DNA of 64,000 nt from an uncultured Pseudomonadota bacterium (GCA_963847705.1 CAWKBC010000032.1:96001-160000), one strand, 5' to 3'. Counted from the stretch's first letter, positions 49,989 through 59,873 are shown. The notes: generated by a model from the letters alone, not told the origin. Numbers and translations: made by a program.

Positions 49989-50348
49989 TCAGACCTTCGG
50001 CTTGTCGTCGGCCAGCGCGTAGAGCCCCAGGCAGCCGTTCGCCAGGTGGCGGACCTCGGCGGCCAGCGCGTCGCTGTCCGCGGCGTCCTGGCAGCGGGCC
50101 AGGATCTGCAGGAGCGCGTCCCGGCTGCGCCGGACCTCGGCGGCCAGCCAGCGGATGTCGTCCTCGCACCCGTGCGCGCTGCCGAGATGTCCCCGCTCGA
50201 GCTCCCGCAGCCGCCACTCGAACAGCTCCAGCCGCCCCGCCAGCTTGCCGTGCCCCATGCAATCGCGGCAGACGAGGGGGCCCTGATCGGTGACGATCTC
50301 CCCCTGCCCGTAGCAAGTCGCGCAGGTCTCGGCGGCCGCGGTGCTCAT
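49989..50348 (-). CDS. Small protein with a CxxCxGxG zinc-finger pair
   Basis: CATCYGQG and CRDCMGHG. Confidence 0.6.
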   Translation of the reverse strand: MSTAAAETCATCYGQGEIVTDQGPLVCRDCMGHGKLAGRLELFEWRLRELERGHLGSAHGCEDDIRWLAAEVRRSRDALLQILARCQDAADSDALAAEVRHLANGCLGLYALADDKPKV

Positions 50349-50422
50349 CGTCGACAGATAGCGCGACGCACGTTTCGCCGGCGTAACGGGAAGGCGCGGA
50401 GCGGGTTAACGGGGCGTCGAGA

Positions 50423-51871
50423 TTAGTAGAGGTACATCATGCGGACGCGAACGCTGAACATGTCGTCGTCGTAGGGATTCGCGGTCACGATGTTGTCGAA
50501 GTGAGACTTGGCATAGGCGCCGACGACCTTGAGGTAGAGCTGGCGATAGAAGAGGTATTGAACGGCGGCGTAGACCTGAATGTTGGTCGTTCGCTCGTTG
50601 TTCGGCATGTTCAAGTTCTGGAAAGTGGCATAGTTCCCGCCCAGCCCGACCAAGAGGTTGGGGAGCAGCGCCGGAACCGGCGAGGCATCGACGAACCCGC
50701 CGAAGCTGAGCCGATTGCCCGAAGCGGGGAAGTCCGGACCATGCGAGTTCGAGTCCGCGAGGTCGACGACCGCATAACCGAAGTTGACGCTCGCCTCGAC
50801 GAACGGCGCCAGCACGACCTGGGCGGAGGCCGCGCCGCCGCGGTTCTTCGCTGTCTTCAAGAACATCGGCTGGGAATCGATCGCCTTCTCGTACTGATAC
50901 TCGAGCGCCCCCCGCAACTTGAACCAACCTATGTCGAAGATGGCGGCGGGCCGACCCCCGACGATGTTGACCGATCCGTCGTTTCCGAACTGACCCAAAG
51001 CCTCTAACCGCAGGAACGGGAACGGGTACCCGTGGAAGGCCACGTCTCCCACCTTGGGCGCGTTTGGCCGATAGAGCATGAAGTCCGCCGCGTAGAGCTG
51101 GGCCACCCGCGTCGGTCCGTTGGGGCCGCCCGACGAGACCGGATCGTAGGCGCCCCCTCGCTCGTACGTGTTCAGATCCAGGCCCATCCCCAGGGGATAG
51201 ACGTCGAAGGCTTGAAACCGACCCACCGTCACGTCCCAGGACTGAAGCCCGCCCGTGCGGACCCAAACATCGTCGGCGGCCACGACGCCGTCCGGCAGCC
51301 CGTTGGTCCCCTGGGGATAGTACTGGTTCATGTTGGCGACGATCTCGGCCTGCGCCTGCACGAACCAATCGCCGCTCACGTAGGTGGGAGTCACCCGCAG
51401 CAGGAACCGGCCCTGATCGAGCAGCTCCTGTGTGGTCGGGGGGATGTTCGGGTTGCCGCTGCGAATCAGGCGGTAGTTCCCGTCGACCCAGCCGTAGCCA
51501 GAGATCCCGACGCCGGTGTGGGGCATGTACGGCCACTGCAGCCCCTGCATGTCCAGCCACAGCGGCCCCCCGTAGAGCCCTCGGGTGTAAGGCTCCGGAT
51601 ACGCCGACGCTGGAAGATGCTCGACGATCCCCGGCGAGATGTTGACGGCCGGCTGGGTGGGCGCCGAGGCCGGAGCCGGAGGAACCGCCGACTTGGACGG
51701 CACGGCCTCCGGCGGGCCCCCCGGGGGCGTCACCGCCGGCGGAGTCTCCGCGAACGGGTCGGCGTCGCTCGCGCGCGCTCCGCCGGCGCAAACCAAGACT
51801 GCGAGCGCAGTGGCGACGGTACCGACGATGATCGAATGGACCCGCTGCTTCTTGATTCGGACGTCGGTCAT
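50423..51871 (-). CDS. Putative outer-membrane beta-barrel / porin-like protein
   Basis: Signal peptide, Pro-rich linker, alternating aromatic strands, C-terminal strand SVRVRMMYLY ending in an aromatic residue. Confidence 0.65.
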   Translation of the reverse strand: MTDVRIKKQRVHSIIVGTVATALAVLVCAGGARASDADPFAETPPAVTPPGGPPEAVPSKSAVPPAPASAPTQPAVNISPGIVEHLPASAYPEPYTRGLYGGPLWLDMQGLQWPYMPHTGVGISGYGWVDGNYRLIRSGNPNIPPTTQELLDQGRFLLRVTPTYVSGDWFVQAQAEIVANMNQYYPQGTNGLPDGVVAADDVWVRTGGLQSWDVTVGRFQAFDVYPLGMGLDLNTYERGGAYDPVSSGGPNGPTRVAQLYAADFMLYRPNAPKVGDVAFHGYPFPFLRLEALGQFGNDGSVNIVGGRPAAIFDIGWFKLRGALEYQYEKAIDSQPMFLKTAKNRGGAASAQVVLAPFVEASVNFGYAVVDLADSNSHGPDFPASGNRLSFGGFVDASPVPALLPNLLVGLGGNYATFQNLNMPNNERTTNIQVYAAVQYLFYRQLYLKVVGAYAKSHFDNIVTANPYDDDMFSVRVRMMYLY

Positions 51872-51886
51872 TCGTTTCCTGTCTGT

Positions 51887-54529
51887 TTATTGGGTGACGG
51901 TGAACGTGTCGGAGAGCGAGCACCCCACGCCGCCGCCGCCCGTGCACGGATTCGAGACCGCGCCGGCGTTCGGCGCCACGATGACATTCACGGGGCCCGG
52001 CTCGACGGCCCACGCCGACTGCGCCGTGTTCCAGTACTTGAGGTCCTTCATCCGCAGCGGGATGGTGATCTCCTTCGCGTCGCCCGTCGTCCCCTTGGCC
52101 GCCAGCGACACACGGTAGAAGCCTTTCAGCTCCTTGTAGTTGCCGGCGCGATTGGTCACCGAGGTGTTGGGGTACTGCACGAAGACGAACACCGTCTCGG
52201 TGCCGGCGACGGCGCTCTGGTTGTAGACGTCGACCTTGATCGGGACGACCCCGTCGGAGGGGACCGTCGAGCAGGGGACCTGCAGGTTCTGATAGCTGAA
52301 CGTCGTGTACGAGAGGCCGTACCCGAACGGGAACGATCCCTGAGCGGGCGTGAGCGCCGTATTGTTGTGGTCGAAGTACTGGTAGCCGACCCAGTAGCTC
52401 ATCGTCGTGCTGCCGCTCGGGTCCGCGAATTCCGGCCAGTGACTCACGGTCGTGTCCCAGGTGACCGGCAGCTTGCCACTGAAGTTGGCGTCGCCAAACA
52501 GGAGCCGCGCCAGCGCGGTCCCGCCGACCATGCCCGGGTACCAAGCCATCACCACGGCCGGGACCTTCGAGTACCAGGACGACATGTCGATGATGCCGCC
52601 GGCCTCCAGGACCACCACCATCGGCTTGCCGGCCGCCGCGACGTCGGAGATGAGCTGGTTCTGCGTCCCGGAGGCCACCTTGGGGTCGAGGCTGAGGACC
52701 ACCTGGTGCGAGGTCGAGGTGATGCCGCCGGTGGTGCGATCGCCCGCCCCCGTGTACTCCTCTCCTTCGTCCCCGGGCGTCAGGCCCGCCATCACGACGG
52801 CGAAGTCGAACCCGGCGCTGATCGCGTCGGAGGCTTTGTTGTACTCGGTGACGAGGATGCCGCTGGCGGCGGCCGTCAGGCCGGCCAGCGGATCGACGCT
52901 CTTGGCGGGATCCGAGAACACGCGCGAAGACCCGGCGTCGCCCGTCCGGACGTTGGAGGCGAAGTCGATGAAGCAGCCGGTGCTCCCATTCGAGGTGCAG
53001 TCCTGGCTGCCGGTCTCCTGCAGGGAGAACTGCACGCTGGCCCCGATGACGGCGAGCTTCTTCACGGCTGATCGGCTGATCGGCAACGTGTTGTTGTCGT
53101 TCTTGAGGAGGACCATACCCTCCTCCGCCGCCAGCTCGGCGAGCTGGACGTGGCTCATGCCGATCGCCGGATCGGTCTGATCATTTTTCTGGATGGACGA
53201 GTTCGAGTCCAGCGTGGTGAAGGCCGGCTGAAGCCCGTAGCCGCTGGTAAGGTCGGCGTGGAAGCGGTACTTCTGCTCCAGGATCTGCTCGGTCGCCGTG
53301 ACGAGCTTGGCGTCCTGCAGCCCGCCGGAGTTGACCAGACTGGTGAGCTCGAGGAAGTTGTAACGCCAGGGCAACTCCATGTCCAAGCCGGCGTTGACCG
53401 CCGCGGTCGTCAGCGGATCGGCCGCCGAGCCAGGGCTGCAGCAGCCGGGGGCGCTGCTGCCATTCATGGCCCACCAGTCGGTCAGGACGAATCCCTGGAA
53501 TCCGAACTCGCTGCGGAGCATGTCGGTGAGAAGGACGCTGTTCTGGGTCGAGTGCGTGCCATTGACCAGGTTGTAAGACGCCATCACCGAAGCGGCCCCG
53601 CCCTCTTCGACGATCATCTCGAAGTGACGCCCGTACTTTTCGCGCAGGGTCTGCGCGTCGATGGTGGCATTGGCGGTGCCACGGCCGTCCTCGATGTTGT
53701 TGGCGGCGTAGTGCTTCACGCAAGCACCGACGTGCTGCTGAAGACCCATGGCGAACGCGCTCCCCAGGCGACCGAGCAGAAAGCTGTCTTCGCCGTAGGT
53801 CTCCTGGGAGCGTCCCCAGGCCGGATGGCGCAAGATGTTGACGGTCGGCGCCAGCATCATCGTGTTGCCCGAGGCCAACATCTCGTCGCCGATGGCCACG
53901 CCGACCTTGTACTCGAGATCGACGTCGAACGAGGCACCACGCCCGATCGCCACCGGAAATGCCGTGGAGAAGTCCTTCTTGCCGTCGGCGGTCGCGTTCA
54001 GGTTGACGCCGCGGGGCCCGTCCCGGAAGTACCAGCCGCGGATGCCGCGCGCCGTGTTGTCCTCTTGATTGAAGACGTTGTAGTTGGCGGACCCGCTCTG
54101 CTGAACGCCGCTCATCTGCTGCGCGCGCTCCGTGTCCGACATCGACATGGCGACGGACATTGCGTTCGAGCGGATCGTCGCGTCGGCCGTGTAGCCCGCG
54201 GTGTACGGCAGCGGATCGGTCGTCGCCGACGCGCAGGCCGTCTTCGTGGGGGAGCCCCCGCTGCCCGACCCGCCCGCGTCCGTGTTGTTGCCGCCCCCCC
54301 CGCCCGCCGACGAGCCGCCCGACCCGGTCAGAATGACCTCGCCGCCGCCCGAGCCGGTGCTGCCGCCGGTCACGCCCACGTTCCCCCCCGTGCCGAATCC
54401 GCTCCCACCAGTGCCTGTTCCTGATCCGCCAGAGCCGGTCCCGATACGCGCCGGCGCCTTGCAACCAAAGGACAGGACGGCTGAGAGCGCGCTCACGGAA
54501 AGAAGCGAGAAAAAGCTACGGTGCAACAT
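51887..54529 (-). CDS. GH3 beta-glucosidase/xylosidase-like lipoprotein with Fn3-like C-terminal domain
   Basis: Lipobox SFGC, Gly-rich linker, DGPRG, WGRSQETYGED, KHY, VMASYN, TDW nucleophile, VLLKN, FPFGYGLSYTTF. Confidence 0.93.
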   Translation of the reverse strand: MLHRSFFSLLSVSALSAVLSFGCKAPARIGTGSGGSGTGTGGSGFGTGGNVGVTGGSTGSGGGEVILTGSGGSSAGGGGGNNTDAGGSGSGGSPTKTACASATTDPLPYTAGYTADATIRSNAMSVAMSMSDTERAQQMSGVQQSGSANYNVFNQEDNTARGIRGWYFRDGPRGVNLNATADGKKDFSTAFPVAIGRGASFDVDLEYKVGVAIGDEMLASGNTMMLAPTVNILRHPAWGRSQETYGEDSFLLGRLGSAFAMGLQQHVGACVKHYAANNIEDGRGTANATIDAQTLREKYGRHFEMIVEEGGAASVMASYNLVNGTHSTQNSVLLTDMLRSEFGFQGFVLTDWWAMNGSSAPGCCSPGSAADPLTTAAVNAGLDMELPWRYNFLELTSLVNSGGLQDAKLVTATEQILEQKYRFHADLTSGYGLQPAFTTLDSNSSIQKNDQTDPAIGMSHVQLAELAAEEGMVLLKNDNNTLPISRSAVKKLAVIGASVQFSLQETGSQDCTSNGSTGCFIDFASNVRTGDAGSSRVFSDPAKSVDPLAGLTAAASGILVTEYNKASDAISAGFDFAVVMAGLTPGDEGEEYTGAGDRTTGGITSTSHQVVLSLDPKVASGTQNQLISDVAAAGKPMVVVLEAGGIIDMSSWYSKVPAVVMAWYPGMVGGTALARLLFGDANFSGKLPVTWDTTVSHWPEFADPSGSTTMSYWVGYQYFDHNNTALTPAQGSFPFGYGLSYTTFSYQNLQVPCSTVPSDGVVPIKVDVYNQSAVAGTETVFVFVQYPNTSVTNRAGNYKELKGFYRVSLAAKGTTGDAKEITIPLRMKDLKYWNTAQSAWAVEPGPVNVIVAPNAGAVSNPCTGGGGVGCSLSDTFTVTQ

Positions 54530-54775
54530 GAAAATAGGCTTCTCCTTACATCGAGTGGGGGCCTCATCCGACCATCTTGGATGAGGGGATCTCGGAGCCT
54601 AACACCCCACTGGTTACACCGAAATCGGCCCCAATGGCCAGCGGAATGCCGACGCAAGACGCGCGCGAAACCGTCCGCCAGAGGCTGAATTACCGGAAGG
54701 ACACCTACTCGAGGCCGAGAGCACGAGACTACTCCAAGCAGCCAGGTGCTCTTTCGGGGCAGCACCAGTTAATCT

Positions 54776-55076
54776 CTACTGGTCTCTACGCCGCTAGAGG
54801 ATGGTGATCCCATCGGCGATGTCGCCGTGCGAATCGTCCTCGCAGGCGGAGCAGAGCGCCGCATCGACGAGCATCGCGACCAGGGCGCCTCGACGCACGT
54901 CCGGTCCGCCTTGGTTGGCAATCGCCGCCGGCTGTGTCGGCCATCGATCTGGCAATCGTATCCGCCGGACCGATGGGAAGCCCGGGCGCCCCCGCTGCCT
55001 CCGTCATTTCCAGTTCGGCCAAAGAGAGCCGGACGCGCATCAGCGCGCGAAAGGGGAGATCGGTCCGTTCGAACGG
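54776..55076 (-). pseudogene. Decayed duplicate of dusB (5' motif fused to 3' end) plus the 5' part of the downstream lipoprotein gene
   Basis: 54801-54860 matches 56481-56540 at 51/60 nt; relic peptides TDLPFR, AELEMTEAAGAPGLPIGPADTIARSMA and ACEDDSHGDIADGITIL*RRRDQ* mirror the intact genes. Confidence 0.8.
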
Positions 55077-55559
55077 GCACACCCAATCGATCCTCGTGGT
55101 CATGGCGGCTCATTCGCTCCGTCTGGACCTGGCTCTTGGCAGACCCATTTTCAGGCCAGCCAGGGAGCCGCCGGTACTCACCCACATTCAACGGAGGTCG
55201 AGACATCGATCATAGCCGGGAGATCGAGGATGGCGTTGGCGATGTCCTTTGCCGCGGCCTAATCCGCGACGGTCACGTTCGCCGCGGACCGCGCGATTCC
55301 GTACACCGGACGACAGGAACTACCCGAGACGCCTGGGCATCTTCAACCACGTCCAACCTCCTGGGCATCCCTCTGTTGCCCAGCTGTGCTGAGCGTAACT
55401 CGACGCGACGATTGGAGGCGCCGGGAGTCGAACACTTCACTCAACCCCGATCCTTCGCCTTGCACAGATTCCCGCGCGCAACCACTCGGTTCGAGTTTTG
55501 GACGGTTGGATCAGTTTGGGCAACCGATGGACAGGCCTCTCCCCATGATCGTTTTCGGC

Positions 55560-55999
55560 TGACCCACGGTGCGTGGGGTGATAATGAACTCGACATCCTT
55601 ACGACCGCCGAGGGCGATGTCGCGCATGTAGCTTGGAATGGACCGTCAGGACCGAACGGTGGTTGGTACAACGGTTACGAGTCAATAACCGGCGCGCTTG
55701 GTAGCAATTCGCCCTCAGGCACCCCTGCGATCGCGTCCTGGGGTCCTAACCGACTCGATGCTTTCGTGATTGATAGGAACAATAATTTGATGCACGCCTG
55801 GTGGGATGGCAACTGGCACGGAGATTGGGAAAACCCGTTTGCAACTGATGCGGTTGGCGATCCAGTGGTGATCTCTCGGAATCCAGGGCAAGTCGAGGTC
55901 TTCTATCGAACTCACTCCGGGTCGCTCTCCCATTTTTTTTATAATGGAAGTAGTTGGCTCAGTCAGCCTGGCATCTTGCCCGTCGGTTCGATCCAGTAG
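55560..55999 (+). pseudogene. C-terminal fragment of a fucose-lectin/PLL-like beta-propeller protein
   Basis: Three blades (AWGDNELDIL, ASWGPNRLDAF..LMHAWWDG.W..WE, SRNPGQVEVF..LSHFFYNG.SW); lower GC; no credible start. Confidence 0.6.
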
Positions 56000-56068
56000 G
56001 TTCGAGTTCGCTCCGCTCTTCTCGCGTCTTGCGATACCGACCGGGTACACGCCGCTTGGGCCGAAGGC

Positions 56069-56578
56069 CTAAGGATTCGGTCCAGACCCGACCGGATCCG
56101 GCGCGCCGACGGTGGACGGTGCGCCCGGAATTCCGCCGTCGCCGAAGAGGAGCGGTCCCTCGCCGGCGGCGCGCTTGCGGGCGATCTCGCCGATGGCGTC
56201 GCGTGCCCGGGCGCCGCGCGCGTCGCTGTCGGCGGCCCAGGTCGCGAGGACCGCCTCGGCGGCGGCGCGGACGTCGGGCGTGATGTCGTAGAGCGCCGTG
56301 TGGCGGAGGATCGGCACCGCCTCGCCGTCGCCGATGCGGGCCATCGCGGCGATCAGGTGCAGCCGGCCTGTGGGCGCCGAGGTGTGCAGCGAGGTCTCGA
56401 TCTGCGGGATGGCGGCGCGCTTGTAGGCGGCCAGGCGCTCCGTCGCCGGCGGGACCAGCTGATCATTGCGGCGCACCAGGATGTTGATCTCGTCGGCGAT
56501 GTCGGCGTGCGAGCCGTCCTCGCAGGCGGCCGAGAGCGCCAGGCCCGCCAGCGCCGCGATCAGGAGGTGGCGACGCAT
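56069..56578 (-). CDS. Lipoprotein with HEAT-like helical repeats
   Basis: Lipobox SAAC; AMARIGDGEAVPIL..D..PDVRAAAEAVL. Confidence 0.7.
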   Translation of the reverse strand: MRRHLLIAALAGLALSAACEDGSHADIADEINILVRRNDQLVPPATERLAAYKRAAIPQIETSLHTSAPTGRLHLIAAMARIGDGEAVPILRHTALYDITPDVRAAAEAVLATWAADSDARGARARDAIGEIARKRAAGEGPLLFGDGGIPGAPSTVGAPDPVGSGPNP

Positions 56579-57666
56579 CGCTCGTCCGCCTCGGTGGGCT
56601 CGCCGCCGCGCCGGCCGTGCCGGGCCATCGATTTGGCGACCGGATCGGCCGGCGCGATCAGGGGGCGGGGCGAGCCCGCCGCCTCGGCCGCTTGCAGCTC
56701 GGCGAAGAACGCCTCGCCGAGGCCGAGCATCGCCGCCGGATCGTCGACCGAAGAGGCGCGCTGGCGCAGCGAGGAGCCGCCGTAGAGGCCGCGCGAGTAC
56801 CAGGCCAGCGTCTTGCGCAGCTCGTGCACGCGCATCTTCTCGGGGCTGTGGGTGATGACCAGCTCGGCGTGGCGGTGCCAGACACGCGCGCGCTCGGCCA
56901 GCGCTGGCGGGCCCGGATCGGGCGCGCCCCGCTCCAGCGCGGCCAGCGAGCGGAAGAACCAGGGGTTCCCCATCGCGCCCCGCCCCACCATCACGGCGTC
57001 ACAGCCGGTCTCGTTCTTCATGCGGGTGTAGGCGGCGACGTCCTTCACGTCGCCGTTGCCGACGACCGGGATCTCCCGCGGCAGCGCGGCGCGCACGGCG
57101 GCGATGGGCGCCATCTGCGCCTGGCCCGAAAATCCCTGCGCGCGGGTGCGGCCATGAACGGTGATCATCGCGGCGCCGGCGTCGACCAGGCTGCGGGCGA
57201 ACGTCGCGGCGTTGAGGTTCTGCTCGTCCCAGCCGGCGCGGTGCTTGACGGTCACCGGGATCTGCGCCGGCACCGCGCGCCGCACGGCCGCCACCAGCGC
57301 CCCGGCCAGCTCGGGCTCGCGCATGAGGGCCGAGCCGCAGGCGCCGGCGGTCACCTTCTTGGCCGGGCAGCCCATGTTGATGTCGACGATCGAGGCGCCC
57401 ACGTCGACCGCCATCCCGGCGGCGCGCGCCAGAGCTTCCGGCTCGCGACCGAAGATCTGCACCGCGAAGCGGCGCCCCTCCAGGCTCGGCCACATTCGCC
57501 CGACCGCCTTGGCGGCGCCGCGCGTGAGCGCCTCAGCCGAGAGGAACTCGGTGAAGGTGAGCGCGGCGCCCAGCTCTTCGCAGATGGTGCGGAACGGGAG
57601 ATCCGTCACCGCTTCCATCGGCGCCAGGAGTGCGCCGGGGTTAAGCTCGATGTCGCCGATGCGCAT
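56560..57666 (-). CDS. dusB: tRNA-dihydrouridine synthase (DusB-like)
   Basis: LAPMEAVTDLPFR, VQIFG, DINMGCP, VTVK.R.GW, VHGRTR, GNGDV, VMVGRGAMGNPW. Confidence 0.93.
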   Translation of the reverse strand: MRIGDIELNPGALLAPMEAVTDLPFRTICEELGAALTFTEFLSAEALTRGAAKAVGRMWPSLEGRRFAVQIFGREPEALARAAGMAVDVGASIVDINMGCPAKKVTAGACGSALMREPELAGALVAAVRRAVPAQIPVTVKHRAGWDEQNLNAATFARSLVDAGAAMITVHGRTRAQGFSGQAQMAPIAAVRAALPREIPVVGNGDVKDVAAYTRMKNETGCDAVMVGRGAMGNPWFFRSLAALERGAPDPGPPALAERARVWHRHAELVITHSPEKMRVHELRKTLAWYSRGLYGGSSLRQRASSVDDPAAMLGLGEAFFAELQAAEAAGSPRPLIAPADPVAKSMARHGRRGGEPTEADERCVATS

Positions 57667-59833
57667 GCGGGCCCAGGAGAATAGCATCGCGCTGGCCGGA
57701 ATCGTCGTCGTTGCGCTGGGAACCGGCGCTTGCCGACGCGCGCCGCCGTCACCCTCGCCATCGCCGCCGCCGCCAGGGCCTCCGGTCGTGGTGGCGCCCG
57801 CGGGTCCTGAGGCTTTGCTGGCGGAGGTGGTCGATCCCGACAGCTGGGCGCGCGCCCCGGCCCCGGCGGACGCGCGGGCGCGGGATCGCCAGCAGGCGCT
57901 CGAAGACCTCGGGCCTTTTGAACGAACGGGCGAGCGCACGCGCCCCGGAGATCCCGCGTCGCCGCTCATCAACACCAACGCCGACTACTGGACCCGGTTG
58001 GTCGGGATCGCCTGGGACCGCGACGTCGACATCGACTTCGACCATGAGCCGGTCGATCTCGACGGCGACGGCAAGCCGGACACCACCGTCACGCGCCACA
58101 TCCACGCCAAGGGAGGGATCCTGGCCAACCCGGGGCTGTTCGGCCTGACGCCCACGCCCGACGATCCGCGCGGCCGCGTCGGACGGGTGTCGGTCTCGAC
58201 CGGCGTGCTCGGCCTGCGCGAGCCGCTCGGCCCCGACGGCCAGCCGACCGGCCAGATCGGCATGACCTGCTGGCTCTGCCACGGCGAGGCCAATCCGACC
58301 GGCGGCGCGATCGTGCTCGGGCTCCCCGGCGTGGCGTTCGATTATGGCCTGCTGCTGGCGACCGCGGCCGTGCTGGACGACGGCAACGCAGCCGCGGTCG
58401 AGGACCGGCGCGCGCGCGGATTTCCCTCGGGGCGCACGGTGCGCGCGCGCCTCCTGCTGGCGGGTCCCGGGCGTCAGGATCTGACCGGCGAGTTCGGGCT
58501 CGACGTGACGGTGCCCGGCTATCACTCGGCGCGCTACCCGGGGACCGGGCGCGTCCGGCAGCACACACGCGGCCTCGTCAACCCGATCAGCGTGCCGACG
58601 ATCCTGGCCGCGCCGGGGCTGGCGCTCGAGAACTGGTCCGGCTCCGAGGCCGCGGACGCTCCCTGGCTCGAGCGCCTGCTCGCGCTGGGCGGCGCGCCGC
58701 CGCTCCCGCCCGCGGCAGCCACCGGGACGACCGATCGCCGGGCGGTCCGCCGCGCGCTTCTCTTCGACCTGCGCAACCTGGGAACCCTCGGCCTTCAGCA
58801 GGATTCGTTCCCCGGGCTGCTCTGGTCCGACGCGATCTACGGACACGCCACGCTGTCGCCGACCGCGCTCCGTGCGATCCCCAAGCTGTACGCCGCGACG
58901 TCGGTGCGCGCCGTGCTCGCCGACAGGTTCGCGCGACCGCCCGGAGACCCCGCCGCGATCGCCCGCGGGCGCGAGATCTTCAGCGAGCGCATCGTCGGGG
59001 CCATCGCCAACCGCCAGATCCTGAAGCTCTCCCCGCCCGCTTATGCGGCCGCCAGGATGGAGGGACCGATCCTGGCGCCGATCGATCCGACCAAGCCGCT
59101 CGAGGCGAAGCTGGCGGTCCGCTGCGCCGACTGTCACGCGGGCGCGCCGCTGGAGAACAAGCTGCCGCTGGCGACGAACCCGCCGCCGCTCGGTCGTTGC
59201 TCGCATTGCCACCTGGCGCACAGCCGACTCGACGAATGGGCGACCCTCCGCGCGCCGTCGGTCGACGCTGCGCTGGTGCCCGTCTCGGCGCTCCCGCGCG
59301 GCCGCCAGCCCGCCGACGAGGTCGCGTTCTGCGGCGGATGCCACAGCCAGCACCGCGACTTCGGGCCGCTCGTCTACTCGTCGGGCCGCCTGTTTCCGTT
59401 CGACGCCGACGGCGACGGCGACGCCCAGCAGGACCCCGCGGCCGATCGGCGCGCCGGCGGGATCGGCACCGATCCCTGGCTGGCCTTCGACGTCCCGCGC
59501 GCGGAGTGGCCGTTCGCCATCGACGTCGCGACAATCTCCGATCCGACGCGCGCCGGTCACGTCGGCCAGGCGCGCATCGGCGCCGCCTGGGTGCGCGCCG
59601 CGCCGCTGCTGGGCCTCGCGGCCAGCGCGCCCTATCTGCACAACGGCTCCGTCCCGTCGCTGCGCGCGCTGCTCGATCCTCCGTCGAAGCGCCCCCTCAG
59701 CTTCCCGCTCGGCAAGGCGGGCTTCATCTTCGACACCCGCCTCCCCGGCAACAGCAACCAGGGCCACGACTTCGGCAGCAGGCTCAGCGCGCCCGAGAAA
59801 TCCGACCTCCTCGCCTTTCTCCTCTCTCTCTAG
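57665..59833 (+). CDS. Lipoprotein c-type cytochrome, RoxA-like, with four CXXCH motifs
   Basis: Lipobox TGAC; CWLCH, CADCH, CSHCH, CGGCH; RGREIF, IGTDP, APYLHNGSVPSL, GNSNQGHDFG, DLLAFL; start 57659 also possible. Confidence 0.8.
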   Translation: MRAQENSIALAGIVVVALGTGACRRAPPSPSPSPPPPGPPVVVAPAGPEALLAEVVDPDSWARAPAPADARARDRQQALEDLGPFERTGERTRPGDPASPLINTNADYWTRLVGIAWDRDVDIDFDHEPVDLDGDGKPDTTVTRHIHAKGGILANPGLFGLTPTPDDPRGRVGRVSVSTGVLGLREPLGPDGQPTGQIGMTCWLCHGEANPTGGAIVLGLPGVAFDYGLLLATAAVLDDGNAAAVEDRRARGFPSGRTVRARLLLAGPGRQDLTGEFGLDVTVPGYHSARYPGTGRVRQHTRGLVNPISVPTILAAPGLALENWSGSEAADAPWLERLLALGGAPPLPPAAATGTTDRRAVRRALLFDLRNLGTLGLQQDSFPGLLWSDAIYGHATLSPTALRAIPKLYAATSVRAVLADRFARPPGDPAAIARGREIFSERIVGAIANRQILKLSPPAYAAARMEGPILAPIDPTKPLEAKLAVRCADCHAGAPLENKLPLATNPPPLGRCSHCHLAHSRLDEWATLRAPSVDAALVPVSALPRGRQPADEVAFCGGCHSQHRDFGPLVYSSGRLFPFDADGDGDAQQDPAADRRAGGIGTDPWLAFDVPRAEWPFAIDVATISDPTRAGHVGQARIGAAWVRAAPLLGLAASAPYLHNGSVPSLRALLDPPSKRPLSFPLGKAGFIFDTRLPGNSNQGHDFGSRLSAPEKSDLLAFLLSL

Positions 59834-59873
59834 TGAATCGGAGGTGGGTCCGTCGAGGGGCGAGCCCCCACGC

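Noticed and set aside
59838-59872. GGTGGGTCCGTCGAGGGGCGAGCCCCCACG as another member of the REP-like family
   Set aside because: Only a loose G-run plus imperfect hairpin; lacks the core stem and ACGCGATC end; may be a terminator between convergent genes
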